DNA of 64,000 nucleotides, from NCBI RefSeq assembly GCF_036365525.1, contig NW_027140825.1:1116001-1180000 (forward strand), read 5' to 3'. Under the pieces are notes generated by a model. It saw nothing but the letters and a program-made list of their open reading frames with translations. It did no database searches and was not told the DNA's origin. Made by a program: the position numbers and the translations under genes. Numbering within the stretch: position 1 is the stretch's first letter; every line of letters starts with the position of its first letter. This document shows positions 1 to 12,542 of this stretch, piece after piece. The DNA is from Heterodontus francisci (taxonomy: Eukaryota).

Positions 1-396
1 GATGGAGGAAGCAGATTCAGCAGTAACTTGGAAAGGAGATTGGGAAATATATTTGAACAGGAAATATCTGCCGCCCATTGAGGAAAGAGCAGGAGAGTGG
101 GATGAAATAAGTAGATCTTCCGAAGTGATGGCACAGGAACGATGGGCCGAATTGCCTCCTCTGTCTTGTATGATTGTCCAATTCTTTGCAGATTATTTCA
201 TCCGCTTTGGAAAGTACTGAAGTGTGGAACTGGATTTTGAGCTGTCTCTCTGGGAGCACTGAGAAACTATTGGATTATTTCTACACTCTGAAAGTTGATG
301 GAAAACTCTGCAAAGTTTCATCAATGAACAGCTGTCTTTATGAGCTCTGCTTCCTTGAGTTTTCCTCTGTTACACTCACAGTATAAGAGGGTGGTA

Positions 397-435
397 TGTT
401 TTTGACCCAGCCCTGCTCCTCTTTGAATCACTGTG
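397..435 (-). other. 23-RSS of V1
   Basis: CACAGTG (435-429), 23-nt spacer, TCAAAAACA (405-397). Confidence 0.92.
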
Positions 436-1097
436 ATCACTAGCAGCACAGTAATACACCGCCCTGTCAGTCTGATCCACCCTCAGTATTTTCAGGGTGC
501 AGGTTTTAAGATCGGGTCTGGTGGCTTTAAATCTCTCCTTGAAACCCTCTTCAGGCGTTGAATCAGAGGTACCAACCGAGGTCACTATGAGCTGCAACCC
601 TGCTCCGCTGTGCTGGCGATACCAGTACATGTAACTGTCGTCGGTGTCATTCTGGAAACAGTGCATTTCCGCCGTTTTCCCCTCTGCGACCGTCAGCCGG
701 TTCCCCCACTGGGTAACGACAGCGCTCCTGGACCAGGCTGTGGAGGAACATGAGAAACATATCGGGTCAAAAAGAACAGACACAATAAGGAGAGAGAGAG
801 AGATTTAATGGTAAACCTCCCGATGCACACCACAGTCGATCAGCTCGCTGATGCCCCAGCACAGGGGTCATGTGCTGATTCCCAGAATCGCTGGGCACAA
901 CTGCAGTGGCGCTAAATAGCGACACTTGTCCTCAACAGTAAAACCAAACCAGTAAATCTCTAACTGATTGGAGCCCTTTGATATCAACAGGAATTGTGTC
1001 TCAAAGCTGATTAACTGGGGCCTGAATTTCCCTCCAAGTAGGAGCAGTAACCTGGGAGCAGCAGAAACAGTAGATGGAGGTAAACAGTACACAGCAT
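436..1097 (-). CDS. TRBV: TCR beta V segment V1, apparently functional (leader 1097-1052, V exon 737-436)
   Basis: Leader MLCTVYLHLLFLLLP ends at a phase-1 GT donor. The V exon follows an AG acceptor and has C23 (EMHC), WYRQ and DRAVYYCAAS, then a 23-RSS. Confidence 0.9.
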
Positions 1098-1339
1098 GAT
1101 GCAGGAATGTGAACCCTTCTTTCAACCTTCCAGCTTGGTCCAGCTCTCACGCACACTGCAGTCCTATTGGTGCACAGCCTGCTTTTGTGATGCAGTGTGG
1201 AAGTGACTTCATTGCAATGTCAACCAATAGAACTTCCCTTGTGTATCCAACAAAGAAGGTGGTTCTTTCACCTGTGTGGGTGTAGGAATTAGAATGACAC
1301 AAGATTGACTTGCAAAGTCCCATCTATTGCAGGGTTTGG

Positions 1340-2340
1340 GGATGTTCATAAAGATTGGAATGATTGACATATATACCAACTTGATTGTATTTTTCGAGGA
1401 GGTGACTTGATGTGTAGATGAGGGGTAAGTAGTTGATGTCGTCTACATGGAATTCAGTAAGGCTTTTGATAAAGCCCCACAAGAGAGATTGGTTAAGAAG
1501 CTAAGAGCACATGGGATCCAGGGCAATTTGGTAAATTGGATTCAAAATTGGCTTATTGGCAGGAGGGAGAGGGTAAAGGTCGAGGGTTGTTTTTGCGAGT
1601 GGGAGCCTGGGTGGTTGATGGTCGGCGCAGACTCAGTGGGCCGAAGGGCCTGTTTCGGTGCTGTAACTCTAATCAAATCTAATCTAATAATCTGTGACCA
1701 ATGGTGTACCACAGGGATCTGTGCTGGGCCCTTGCTGTTTCTGGTGCAAATTAATGATTTTGATGTGAATATAGCAGGTATTAAATATAAGTTCGCTGAC
1801 AACATGAAAATTGTTGACGTTGCAAATAGTGAAGAGGGAAGCCTTAGATTTCAGGACGATATGGATGTACAGTTCTGGGCACCACACGAAAGGAAAGATG
1901 TGATTGCACTGGAGGGGGTCTTGAGGAGATTCACCAGGATGTTGCCTGGGATGGAACATTTCAGCTATGATGAGAGACTCAAAAGGCTCGGGTTGTTTTA
2001 TACCCAGCAGAGGAGGCTGAGGGGGGACCTGATTGAGGTATACAAGATTATGAGGTGCACTGATAGGTCAGATAGGAAGATTTTTTCCCTTTATAGGAGG
2101 GGCAATAACCAGGGCATAGATTTAAGGTAAGAGGCAGGAGGTTTAGAGTGGATGTGAGGAAAAAATGTGTCAACCAGAGGGTGGTTGGAATCTGGAACGC
2201 TCTGCTAAAAGAGGTGGTAGAGGCAGGAAGCATCACAACATTTAAGAAATATTTAGATGAGCACTTGAAACGCCATAGCATACAAGACTACGGGCCAAAT
2301 GCTGGAAAATGGGACGAGAATATTTAGGTGCTTGATGGCC
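1340..2340 (+). mobile_element. Degenerate CR1-type LINE RT/3' fragment with a nested short retroposon tail (~1605-1690)
   Basis: ORF 1447-2130 has FSKAFDK, GPLLF, KFADN and RRLRGDLIEVYKI motifs typical of CR1 ORF2. Confidence 0.85.
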
Positions 2341-3454
2341 GGCACTATTCGGTGGATGGGTCAATTCACTGCTGCATTGCTTGCTCAGTCTTTTCAGAAG
2401 CAAGTGGGACTCAGGCTGCGGTGGAGCTCCATCCCCACCTCCTGGCTGTAACGTGTAACTACAGGCACCTGCGATTTGCACATTGCAATTGATAAAATAG
2501 GCATTTTGAAGACATGCTTTGCAATTGCTCCATCTTCCTCATTTTTATCCATTGCTTCAGCTGGTGACGCTGGTGACATCGTATTAGATAGAATTTACAG
2601 CACAGATTCAGGCTATTCGGCCCGATGAGCCCATGTTTCAGACTAGTCTGGGGCAGATGGCAGTGTAGTTGTAATGTCACTGAGCTAGAAATCCAGAGGC
2701 CGGGGGGGGGGGGGGGGTGGTGGAGGGGGTGGGGGGAGGCGGATTCTCCAGGGGACATGCGTTCAAATCCCACCAGGTCAGATGGCAGAATTTAAATTCT
2801 GAATCTAAGGAATTCTGGAAAATCATAGCCAGTGCATCCACTCTCTCTGCAGCATTCTCTTTTAGAACTCAAGTATGAAATCCATCTGTTCCAGGGGACT
2901 TGTCAGATTTTAAGACCTGAAGTTTCTCCAAGACTTTTTCTCAATTGATATGAATATCCTTAATTTCCTCACTCTTCTTAGCCCCCACATTACTGTCTAT
3001 TTCTGGTATGGAACTTGTGTCTTCTACTGTGAAGACAGGCACAAAATATTGGTTCAATGCCCCTGCCATTTCCCCATTCCCCATGATAATTATTCCTGTC
3101 TTTACCTCTAAGGGACCAACGTCAACTTTAGCTACTCTCTTGCTTTTTATGTAAAAGCTCCTACCATCTGTTTTTATATTGCTGGTTAGTTTATTCTCAT
3201 ATTTTATTCCAACATCCGATGAAAGAACATAAACAATGTCTTCATCCTGCCCTATCAGTATGACGTGCTATTTCCTGCTGCCGAATGTTTTTATCCAGCA
3301 TCCATTTACATATATCTGGTTGTGGGGAGTTAGAACATGGCAGTTCTGCGATTCGAACGGTCACTGAACAGATGCAGATCCGCATCCGATCACCCAGGGC
3401 TGCTCTTCACCGAATGCTGGGTTAAATGCATCTGTTTGAAGGGAGACATGTGAG

Positions 3455-3493
3455 GGTTTTTGTCAAGGCGGCCAATGACTCTGATCCGCTGTG
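3455..3493 (-). other. 23-RSS of V2
   Basis: CACAGCG, 23-nt spacer, ACAAAAACC. Confidence 0.9.
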
Positions 3494-4227
3494 TCCCATC
3501 AGCAGCTGCACAGAAATACACCGCCTCGTCCGTGGCGTTCACACTCTCGATCGTCAGAGTGGATTACTTATTTTCCAGAGTCCTCGTGATTGCAAATCCG
3601 TTCCTAAAACCATCTTCATATTGAGGTTCACCTGCTGCTAATGTAAACCCGATTAACAGGAATCCTCTGCTGGGGGACTGACGATACCAGTACATGTTAT
3701 CGCGAACTGCTCCTTTCTGCAGACAGTTCATTTCCACGGGTCCTTGCTGTTTAACAGCCAGTGACTGAGGCCATTGATGTATCACATCACCCCGGCAAAC
3801 ACCTAGAAAGAGAAATTAGAGGGAATGAACTAGTATCGATCGAGTTACAATTGCGACGATGGGTGTCGGTGTTGCACCGAATTAACGACGGAAATTCGGT
3901 CTGTGTCCTAATTTCCTACAAGAACCTGGATCTTTACAACTGTAAAATAGAATTGTGGAATCCACAAGCTTGCAAGTGGGTGCAAACAATAAAGAGTTAA
4001 CATCATATTAATAACACTTGTCTTTCCAAACTAGGGGACAGATTAATGGGTTCACTGTCTGATATGAAATAATCGATTACTGATTTCACAAGTCACCGCC
4101 GCTCAGTTTTATTGAGATTATTAATCATCCCTTTCAGTTGATCAAATGTAGAAGAGTGATTGGGACAGAATTTTAACCTACTCAGCGCCAGAAGGGAAAT
4201 AGCAAAGAGGATGAAACTGAAAGGCAT
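3494..4227 (-). pseudogene. TRBV: TRBV segment V2, pseudogene (leader 4227-4182, V exon 3802-3494)
   Basis: In-frame TAA at 3566-3564 in FR3 where paralog V4 has AAA. Otherwise intact through DEAVYFCAAADG. Confidence 0.9.
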
Positions 4228-5274
4228 GTTTGCCGTGGATCTGAGAGACTTTCTGCTGGTTACTCTGGGTTTTAAGGGAGGGAGAGAGATGAGGTGTAGG
4301 CAGAGCGGATCGTCATCAGAGGAAGTTATCTCAAGGCAATGATCCCCGCCCCTACCTTTAAGTTGTCTCCCATTCTTTTGTTTGCTTCCTTCCGCCCCTT
4401 TCCACTTGTTTCTTCTCTCCATTTCCCTCCTTCCACCCCACTTTCTACTCTGCTGCCAATATCTTCACTCTCTTCCCTTTGTGAGCTTGCTTTCATGCTG
4501 AATCGAGGGAAATTTTGAAGGTCGCGAGGTGTTGGAGAGGGTAGGTGAAAAAAACAAGGGGCGGTGCAACGATAGCTGCTTTGAGTGACTCCAGAGCTTA
4601 TGGCGCACAACAGGGGATTATTAACATCCTTTTGCAAATTAAAATCAGTAGTGGAGGAAGAGAAGGTGGATAGTTCGATGGCAGCGGCGGCGGCTCATAT
4701 AACATCACTGTAAAGTGGCAATCTAACTGCATTTAGCCTTTAAAGTGAAAAGATTGCAGAAGCAGAGGAATACAATCATTGATCAGCGGCGCCAAAGCCT
4801 GTGGTGGCGCGAAATATAGTGGAGCCGCTGCGCCGACCAGTGGCAGCATGGTGCAACTGCAACAAGCTGTGTTTGTTACTTTCCCAGTGAAACCCATTGC
4901 TCTTTCGGAGAGCCAGTGCAGACACGATGGGCCGAATGGCCTACTTCTGTGCTGTAACAATTCAGCGATTATGAATGTCGATGACAACTGGCAATATTTC
5001 GATTTCAATTGTTAACCAGATGATCAATATTGTGTAATATTTGTGATGGATTCAAATGTTACAGGATGATATTCTAAGATACTAAGATGTATCTATCCAT
5101 TGGTCTGTTTATAACTCTGTCTTTCAGGCTACCGAGCCATCTATTTATCTCTATAAGAGCTGGTTGGCAGCTGAAAGATACAGATGTAGACTCGCAAAGG
5201 CAACCAGACAAAGTCAGACCCCGAGACGGCGAGGAGATGAACAGAAGAGGATAGCTGTAGCAATGAACCTGAGT

Positions 5275-5313
5275 GGTTATTGTCATAGTGTGGAAGGGGT
5301 TTGAAGCATTGTG
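5275..5313 (-). other. 23-RSS of V3
   Basis: CACAATG, 23-nt spacer, ACAATAACC. Confidence 0.88.
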
Positions 5314-6118
5314 CTCCTTCAGTGGCGGCGCAGTAATACATCGCCCTATCTCCGGGGCCTGCAGTCTGAATTTTCAGAGTGCTCCTTTGAATGTCAGCTC
5401 TCACCACCTCGAATCCAATCTCGAACCCTTCCTGGAAAGCCGGCTTGCTCCCAGACACGTCCGTCACCAGAAGCTCGGTGCCTTGCCCGTGGTGCTGGCG
5501 GTACCAGAGCATGGTGATGTGCTCCGTGTCCTTCTGCTGACAGGTCAGTGTTGTGCTCTCCCCATGTCCCACAGTCAGTTCACTGGGTGTCTGGGACACT
5601 GAGGCACATCGACAACAATCTAGGGCAGTGGGAAGGGGGGAGAAAGGAAAGGGTCCAAGATTCAGTTAACGCAGCCACATCAGGAAAAGTCTGCAGTGCA
5701 TCCCAGTGCATTTTCTGATCGAATATGAGCTCAGACAATCATCCAACATGTGAAGGAGGCCGTTCATCCCAGCAGGCCTGTGCTAGCTCTTTGAAAAAGC
5801 TATGCAATGAGTTCATTCCCCAACTTTTCTCATCTCAATTTAGTTTTAAATGTAATTTATTCCAGTTTTCTAAGAATACGAGTGAGGTCCTGTCTGGCAG
5901 ATCATGCACCGGTGATAGAAGCAAATATCAGTGCAAAGTAACTCAATGTCTGTTTTTATATGAAGGGGACAATGACAACATCAATGAACGATATTACATA
6001 CGGATCATGAAGTGTATTTCTTAAAGAAACTCAGGTTAAATGAAACAAGAATAGCATTCTGAAGTTACTTACGCGGCATCAGCAATGAAAAGGCCCAGAG
6101 CAGGAGTTTGAATTCCAT
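5314..6118 (-). CDS. TRBV: TRBV segment V3, apparently functional (leader 6118-6073, V exon 5619-5314)
   Basis: Leader MEFKLLLWAFSLLMP with GTAAGT donor; TAG acceptor; LTC, WYRQ and DRAMYYCAAT motifs. Confidence 0.88.
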
Positions 6119-6619
6119 CTTGGTGAGGTAACCAAGATGTGGTCTGGCAGCAGGAGAGGTGGGAAGAATGTGGCGCCTCTTGTTGAAGACATGGGGGGAA
6201 AAGTGCAACATATCGACTGGAAATGGCGTCACGGATATTGCAAGCCTGAAAGTAAGGGAGAGGAAGTGAGTTATCATGGCAGGGGATTGCTTCAACTGTT
6301 GAGCTTCCAGTCCACGGTCATCTGAGATTGAAGTGTTGTTAACTCGCTCAGATCCTCGTTCCATAAAACAATTGTGGGGCATGAGTGGAATTACTTCTAT
6401 CTCATTCAATGGGCTGAGTAGGGTCCACGGTGTGATCAGGTATTAGTTGGTGCAGGGGAGCCCAGAGCAGGAGTTGCTGAATAAAATAACAAATTCAAAC
6501 GTGTGATCAGAGCCATCGATTTAAAATAAACCACAGTTATGCTGGGAGTCGATTGCAGATCTGTCAGCGAATTCTAAAATATTCTATTCGCAATAGCATA
6601 TGTGAACAGGAATGCGAGG

Positions 6620-7390
6620 AGGGCAGAGTCAGAACAGCAGAGGAGGAGCACGTTCGGCCCTTCGAGTCCGTGTGAGCTCTCTGTACAGCAATCCAATTAG
6701 TCCCATGCCCCAAGCAAGTTTATTTCTCTCCAAGTTCCCATCCAATTACATTTTGAAATCATTCATTCTCTCTGCTTCCAGCATCCAGGTAGGCAGTGAG
6801 TTCCACATCATTACACCGCGCTGCGTAATCAAGATATTCCTCACATCACCCCTGTATCTCTTCCCCAAAACCTTCCATCTGTGTCCCCTAGTCCTTCTAT
6901 CCATCAACTCATGGGAACAGATTTTCTTTGTCTATTTTCCGAAACCTCTCTTCATTTTGTACACTTCTGTCAAATCTCCCCTCAATTTCCTTTGCTCCAA
7001 GGAGAACAACCCCAGCTTCACCAAACTAACCATGTAGCTAAAATCTCTCATGCCTGGAACCATCCCAGTAAATCTCCTCTGCACCCTCTCAAGGACCCTA
7101 CATCCTTCCTAAAGTGTGGTGACCCGAATCGGGCTCAATACTCAAGTTGGGGCCTAACCAAAACCTCATATATGTTGAGCATAACCACGCTGCTTTTGTA
7201 CTTCATACCTCCATTCATGAATCCCAAGATCCCATAAGCTTCGTGAACCTCTCTCTCAATATGTCCTGCCACCTTCAAAGATCGATGCACATTAAGCCCC
7301 AGGTCCCTCTGTCCTTGAACACTCTTTAGGCCTGTGTCATTAAGTCTGTATTTCCTCTCTGTCTCCCTTCTGCCAAAATGCATCACCTGA
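6620..7390 (-). mobile_element. CR1-type LINE 3' fragment (duplicated at ~13060-13800)
   Basis: Minus-strand ORF with QRDLG...LVRPQLEY, a CR1 C-terminal motif. Confidence 0.8.
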
Positions 7391-8024
7391 TAGCAATGTA
7401 GTTCACTGTTAACTGCCTCTGAAATGGGCGAGCAAGTCATTCAGTTAAGGGCAGTTCGGCATAGGCAATGAATGCTGACCTTGTCAGTGATGTGCACATC
7501 CCTGAATGTGTTTTTATATAAAATGCCTCCTTCTTCATTTTTCTTTCACTGTTTTCTCACTTTGCTTCCCCTCTTTACTTCCTTCAGATCATCTGTTTTG
7601 GTATATCACAAGTGTTGGTCAAACCAGTCACTATGAACGAGCAGACTTGGGGAAATCAAATTGTCTATTTTGTGTGGAATGGTTATGATTTGATTCTGTT
7701 TCAGTGTTAGTGGAATTGACTATTCGGTAGATTGGTCAAGTCACTGCTGCATTGCTCACTCAGTCTTTTCAGAAGCAAGTGGGACTCAGGCTGCGGTGGA
7801 GCTCCATCCCCCCCTCGTGGCTGTCATGTGTAACTACAGGCACCTGTGGTTTGCACAGTGCAGTTGATAAAATAGGCATCATGAAGACATGCTTTGAAAT
7901 TGCTCCGTCTTCCCATTTTTTATCCATTGCTTCGGCTGGTGACGCTAGTGACATCGAATTAGATTTAATATGCAGCACAGATTCAGGCTATTCGGCCCGA
8001 TGGGACCATGTTCCAGACTAGCCT

Positions 8025-8300
8025 GGGGCAGATGGTGGTGTACTTGTCATGTCACTGAGCTGGTAATCCAGAGGATGGGGCTAATCTCCAGGGGACATGC
8101 GTTCGAATCCCACCAGGTCAGATGGTGGAATATAAATTCAATTAATGAATAAATTTAATTATTTCATCAGAAAATCTGCAATTGAAAGCTAGTCTCAGTT
8201 AAGGGGCCCTGTCACCCAGCTGGCTCACTCATGTCTTTTAGTGAAGGAAATCCGCCGTCCTTACCTGCTCTGGCCTACATGTGACTTCAGACCCACAGAA
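8025..8300 (+). mobile_element. tRNA-derived SINE (related copies ~2650-2800, ~14440-14710, ~37090-37390)
   Basis: A/B-box-like head (GTTCGAATCC) followed by a body that recurs several times in the window. Confidence 0.6.
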
Positions 8301-9440
8301 CACAAGAAATAGGAGCAGTTGTAGACCATATATCCCATTGAGCCTGCTCCGTCATTCAATACAATCATGGCTGATCTTGGGCTTCAATTCCACTTTCCTG
8401 CCTGCTCCCCATATCCCTTGATTTCCTGAGGGATCAAAACTCCCATCCTTAAATGTATTCAATGAAGGACCATCCACAACACTCTGGGATAGAGAATTCC
8501 AAAGATTCACAACCCTTTGAGTGAAGTCATTTCTCCTCATCTCAGTCCGGAATGATTGATCCCTTTTCCTGAGATTTCTCGCTGCCTTATTTCTTGAAAA
8601 GCCGTGTAACATTTGTCAGCTTTCATTCCGATGGACCATTCCTGAATCTAAGGAATTCTGGAAAATCATAACCAGCGCCCCCACTCTCTCTGCAGCTATC
8701 TCTTTTAGAACTCTGGTATATAATCCATCTGTTCCAGGGGACTTGTCAGATTTTAATCCCTCAAGTTTCTCCAAAAGTTTTTCTCAATTGATATGAATAT
8801 CCTTAATTTCCTCACTCTTTTTAGGCCCCAGATAACTGCCTATTTCTGGGATGGAACTTGTGTCTTCAACTGTGAAGACAGGCACAAAATATTAGTTCAA
8901 TGCCCCTGCTATTTCCCCATTCCTCATGATGATTTTTCCTGTCTTTACCTCTAAGGAACCAACGTCAGCTTCAGCGACTCTCTTGCTTTTTATGTAAAAG
9001 CTCCGACCATCTGTTTTTATATTGCTGGTTAGCTTATTCTCACATTTTATTCCCACATCCGATGAAAGAACATGAACAATGTCTTCAACCAGCCCTATCA
9101 GTATGACGTGCTATTTCCTGCTCCCGATTGTTTTTATCCAGCATCCATTTACATATATCTGGTTATACACATCATTTTTCTGTGTGCTAGTGAATTCCAC
9201 ATTCTCACCACTCTGTGTAAATTCATTTCTTGGAGTTATTAGTGAGTATGATGTATTCATTACCTTCCTCACAAATACAGACATCTTCTCTGCCCTGTCA
9301 TATTCCTTCATAATCTTGAGCACCTCTATCAGGTCACCCCTCAGCCTTCTCTTGACTGGGGAAAAGAATCCCAGACTTTTCAATCTTTCCTCATAGTTAT
9401 AACCTTTTGTGCTCCGGTATCATTCTTGTAAATCGTTTTT
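8300..9440 (-). mobile_element. CR1-type LINE fragments (related copy ~14710-15430)
   Basis: FTQRVVNLWNSL and RRLRGDLIEVLKI motifs in minus-strand ORFs. Confidence 0.75.
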
Positions 9441-9878
9441 GTACTTCTGCTCGTACCTCTCTGTGTAATATGGAGACTAGCACTCTACACAGCACTGCAG
9501 ATTTGGTCCAATCAAGGTCGATGGAAACCAGAACTGGACACAGGGCTCCAAATGCGCACTAGGTAAGGTATTTGGATGTAAGAACTGTCCCCAGCACTTC
9601 AGATGTCGTCTACACAGGCATATAGAACTGAGAATTGTGCACAGTGCTCCAGGTGTGGTCTAACAGCGGGACATGTTGAAGAGCCGTTCTATGAACCATT
9701 ATTCAGGTGTGGGCACAGACAGTGTGTGTTGCCTGTCTGGAGGTTGTGGGGAGTTAGAACATGGGCGTTCTGCCACTCGAACGGGCACTGAACAGATGCA
9801 GATCCGCATCCGATCAGCCAGGGCTGCTCTTCACGGAATGCTGGGTTAAATGCACCCGTTTGAAGGGAGACGTGTGAG

Positions 9879-9917
9879 GGTTTTTGTCAAGGCGGCCAAT
9901 GACTCTGAACCGCTGTG
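9879..9917 (-). other. 23-RSS of V4
   Basis: CACAGCG, 23-nt spacer, ACAAAAACC. Confidence 0.9.
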
Positions 9918-10651
9918 TCCCATCACCAGCTGCACAGAAATACACCGCCTCGTCCGTGGCGTTCACACTCTCGATCGTCAGAGTGGATTTCTTATTGTTC
10001 AGAGTCCTGGTAATAACAAACCCGCTCTTAAAACCCTCTTCATACTGAGGTTCACTGCCGAGGTAAACAGAGCCCATTGAGAGGAATCCTCTGCTGGGGG
10101 ACTGACGATACCAGTACATGTAGTTGTGAATCTTTCCTTTCTGCAGACAGTTCATTTCCACGGGTCCTGGTTGTTTAACAGCCAGTGACTGAGGCCATTG
10201 ATGTATCACATCACCCCGGCAAACACCTAGAAAAAGAAATTAGCGGGAATGAACTAGTATCGATGGAGTTACAATTGAGACGATGGACGTCGGTGTTGCA
10301 CCGAATTAACGACGGAAATTCGGTCTGTGTCCTAATTTCCGACAAGCACCTGGATCTTTACAACTGTAAAATAGAATTGTGCAATCCACAAGTTTGCAAG
10401 TGTGTGCAAACATTAAAGAGTTAACATCATATTAATAACACTTGTCTTCCCAAACTAGGGGACAGATTAATGAGTTCACTGTCTGATATGAAATAATCGA
10501 TTACTGATTTCACAAGTCACCGCCGCTCAGTTTTATTGAGATCATTAATCATCCCTTTCAGTTAAACAAATGTAGAAGAGTGATTGGGACAGAATTTTAA
10601 CCTACTCCGCGCCAGAAGGGAAATAGCAAAGACGATGAAACTGAAAGGCAT
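9918..10651 (-). CDS. TRBV: TRBV segment V4, apparently functional (leader 10651-10606, V exon 10226-9918)
   Basis: Open frame DVIHQWPQ...EMNC...WYRQ...DEAVYFCAAGDG with intact GT/AG; paralog of V2 at +6424 bp. Confidence 0.9.
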
Positions 10652-11698
10652 GTTTGCGGTGGATCTGAGAGACTTTCTGCTGGTTACTCTGGGTTTTAAG
10701 TGAGGGAGAGAGATGAGGTGTAGGCAGAGCGGATCGTCATCAGAGGAAGTTATCTCAAGGCAATGATCCCCGCCCCTACCTTTAAGTTGTATCCCATTCT
10801 TTTGTTTGCTTCCTTCCGCCCCTTTCCACTTGTTTCTTCTCTGCATTTCCCTCCTTCCACCCCACTTTCTACTCTGCTGCCAATATCTTCACTCTCTTCC
10901 CTTTGTGAGCTTGCTTTCATGCTGAATCGAGGGAAATTTTGAAGGTAGCGAGGTGTTGGAGAGGGTAGGTGAAAAAAACAAGGGGCGGTGCAACGATAGC
11001 TGCTTTGAGTGACTCCAGAGCTTATGGCGCACAACAGGGGATTATTAACATCCTTTTGCAAATTAAAATCAGTAGTGGAGGAAGAGAAGGTGGATAGTTC
11101 GATGGCAGCGGCGGCGGCTCATATAACATCACTGTAAAGTGGCAACCAAATTGCATTTAGCCTTTAAAGTGAAAAGATTGCAGAAGCAGAGGAATTCACT
11201 CATTGATCAGCGGCGCCAAAGCCTGTGGTGGCGCGAAATATAGTGGAGCCACTGCGCCGACCAGTGGCAGCATGGTGCAACTGGAACAAGCTGTGTTTGT
11301 TACTTTTCCAGTGAAACCCATTGCTCTTTCGGAGAGCCAGTGCAGACACGATGGGCCGAATGTCCTCCTCCTGCGCTGTAACAATTCAGCGATTATGAAT
11401 GTCGATGACAACTGGCAATATTTTGATTTCAATTGTTAACCAGATGATCAATATTGTGTAATATTTGTGATGGATTCAAATGTTACAGGATGATATTCTA
11501 AGATACTAAGATGTATCTATCCATTGGTCTGTTTATAACTCTGTCTTTCAGGCTACCGAGCCATCTATTTATCTCTATAAGAGCTGGTTGGCAGCTGAAA
11601 GATACAGATGTAGACTCGCAAAGGCAACCAGACAAAGTCAGACCCCGAGACGGCGAGGAGATGAACAGAAGAGGATAGCTGTAGCAATGAACCTGAGT

Positions 11699-11737
11699 GG
11701 TTATTGTCATAGTGTGGAAGGGGTTTGAAGCATTGTG
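11699..11737 (-). other. 23-RSS of V5
   Basis: CACAATG, 23-nt spacer, ACAATAACC. Confidence 0.88.
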
Positions 11738-12542
11738 CTCCTTCAGTGGCGGCGCAGTAATACATCGCCCTATCTCCGGGGCCTGCAGTCTGAATTTTCA
11801 GAGTGCTCCTTTGAATGTCAGCTCTCACCACCTCGAATCCAATCTCGAACCCTTCCTGGAAAGCCGGCTTGCTCCCAGACACGTCCGTCACCAGAAGCTC
11901 GGGGCCTTGCCCGTGGTGCTGGCGGTACCAGAGCATGGTGATGTGCTCCGTGTCCTTCTGCTGACAGGTCAGTGTTGCGCTCTCCCCATGTCCCACAGTC
12001 AGTTCACTGGGTGTCTGGGACACTGAGGCACATCGACAACAACCGAGGGCAGTGGGAAGGGGGGAGAAAGGAAAGGGTCCAAGATTCAGTTAACGCAGCC
12101 ACATCAGGAAAAGTCTGCAGTGCATCCCAGTGCATTTTCTGATCGAATATGAGCTCAGACAATCATCCAACATGTGAAGGAGGCCGTTCATCCCAGCAGG
12201 CCTGTGCTAGCTCTTTGAAAAAGCTATGCAATGAGTTCATTCCCCAACTTTTCTCATCTCAATTTAGTTTTAAATGTAATTTATTCCAGTTTTCTAAGAA
12301 TAAGAGTGAGGTCCTGTCTGGCAGATCATGCATCAGTTATAGAAGCAAATATCAGTGCAAAATAACTCAATGTCTGTTTCTATATGAAGGGGAAAATGAC
12401 AACATCAATGAACGATATTACATACGGATCATTAAGTGTATTTCTTAAAGAATCTCAGGTTAAATGAAACTATAATAGCATTCTGAAGTTACTTACGCGG
12501 CATCAGCAATGAAAAGGCCCAGAGCAGGAGTTTGAATTCCAT
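11738..12542 (-). pseudogene. TRBV: TRBV segment V5, open frame but splice acceptor mutated (leader 12542-12497, V exon 12043-11738)
   Basis: Near-identical to V3, but the acceptor AG reads CG at 12045-12044. An in-frame CAG 21 nt downstream could rescue splicing. Confidence 0.75.

Noticed and set aside
4786-4850. GC-rich GGTGGCGC/AGTGGCAG patch as CTCF sites (also ~11210-11270)
   Set aside because: Poor match in the 5' half of the core; cannot be supported without PWM scoring.
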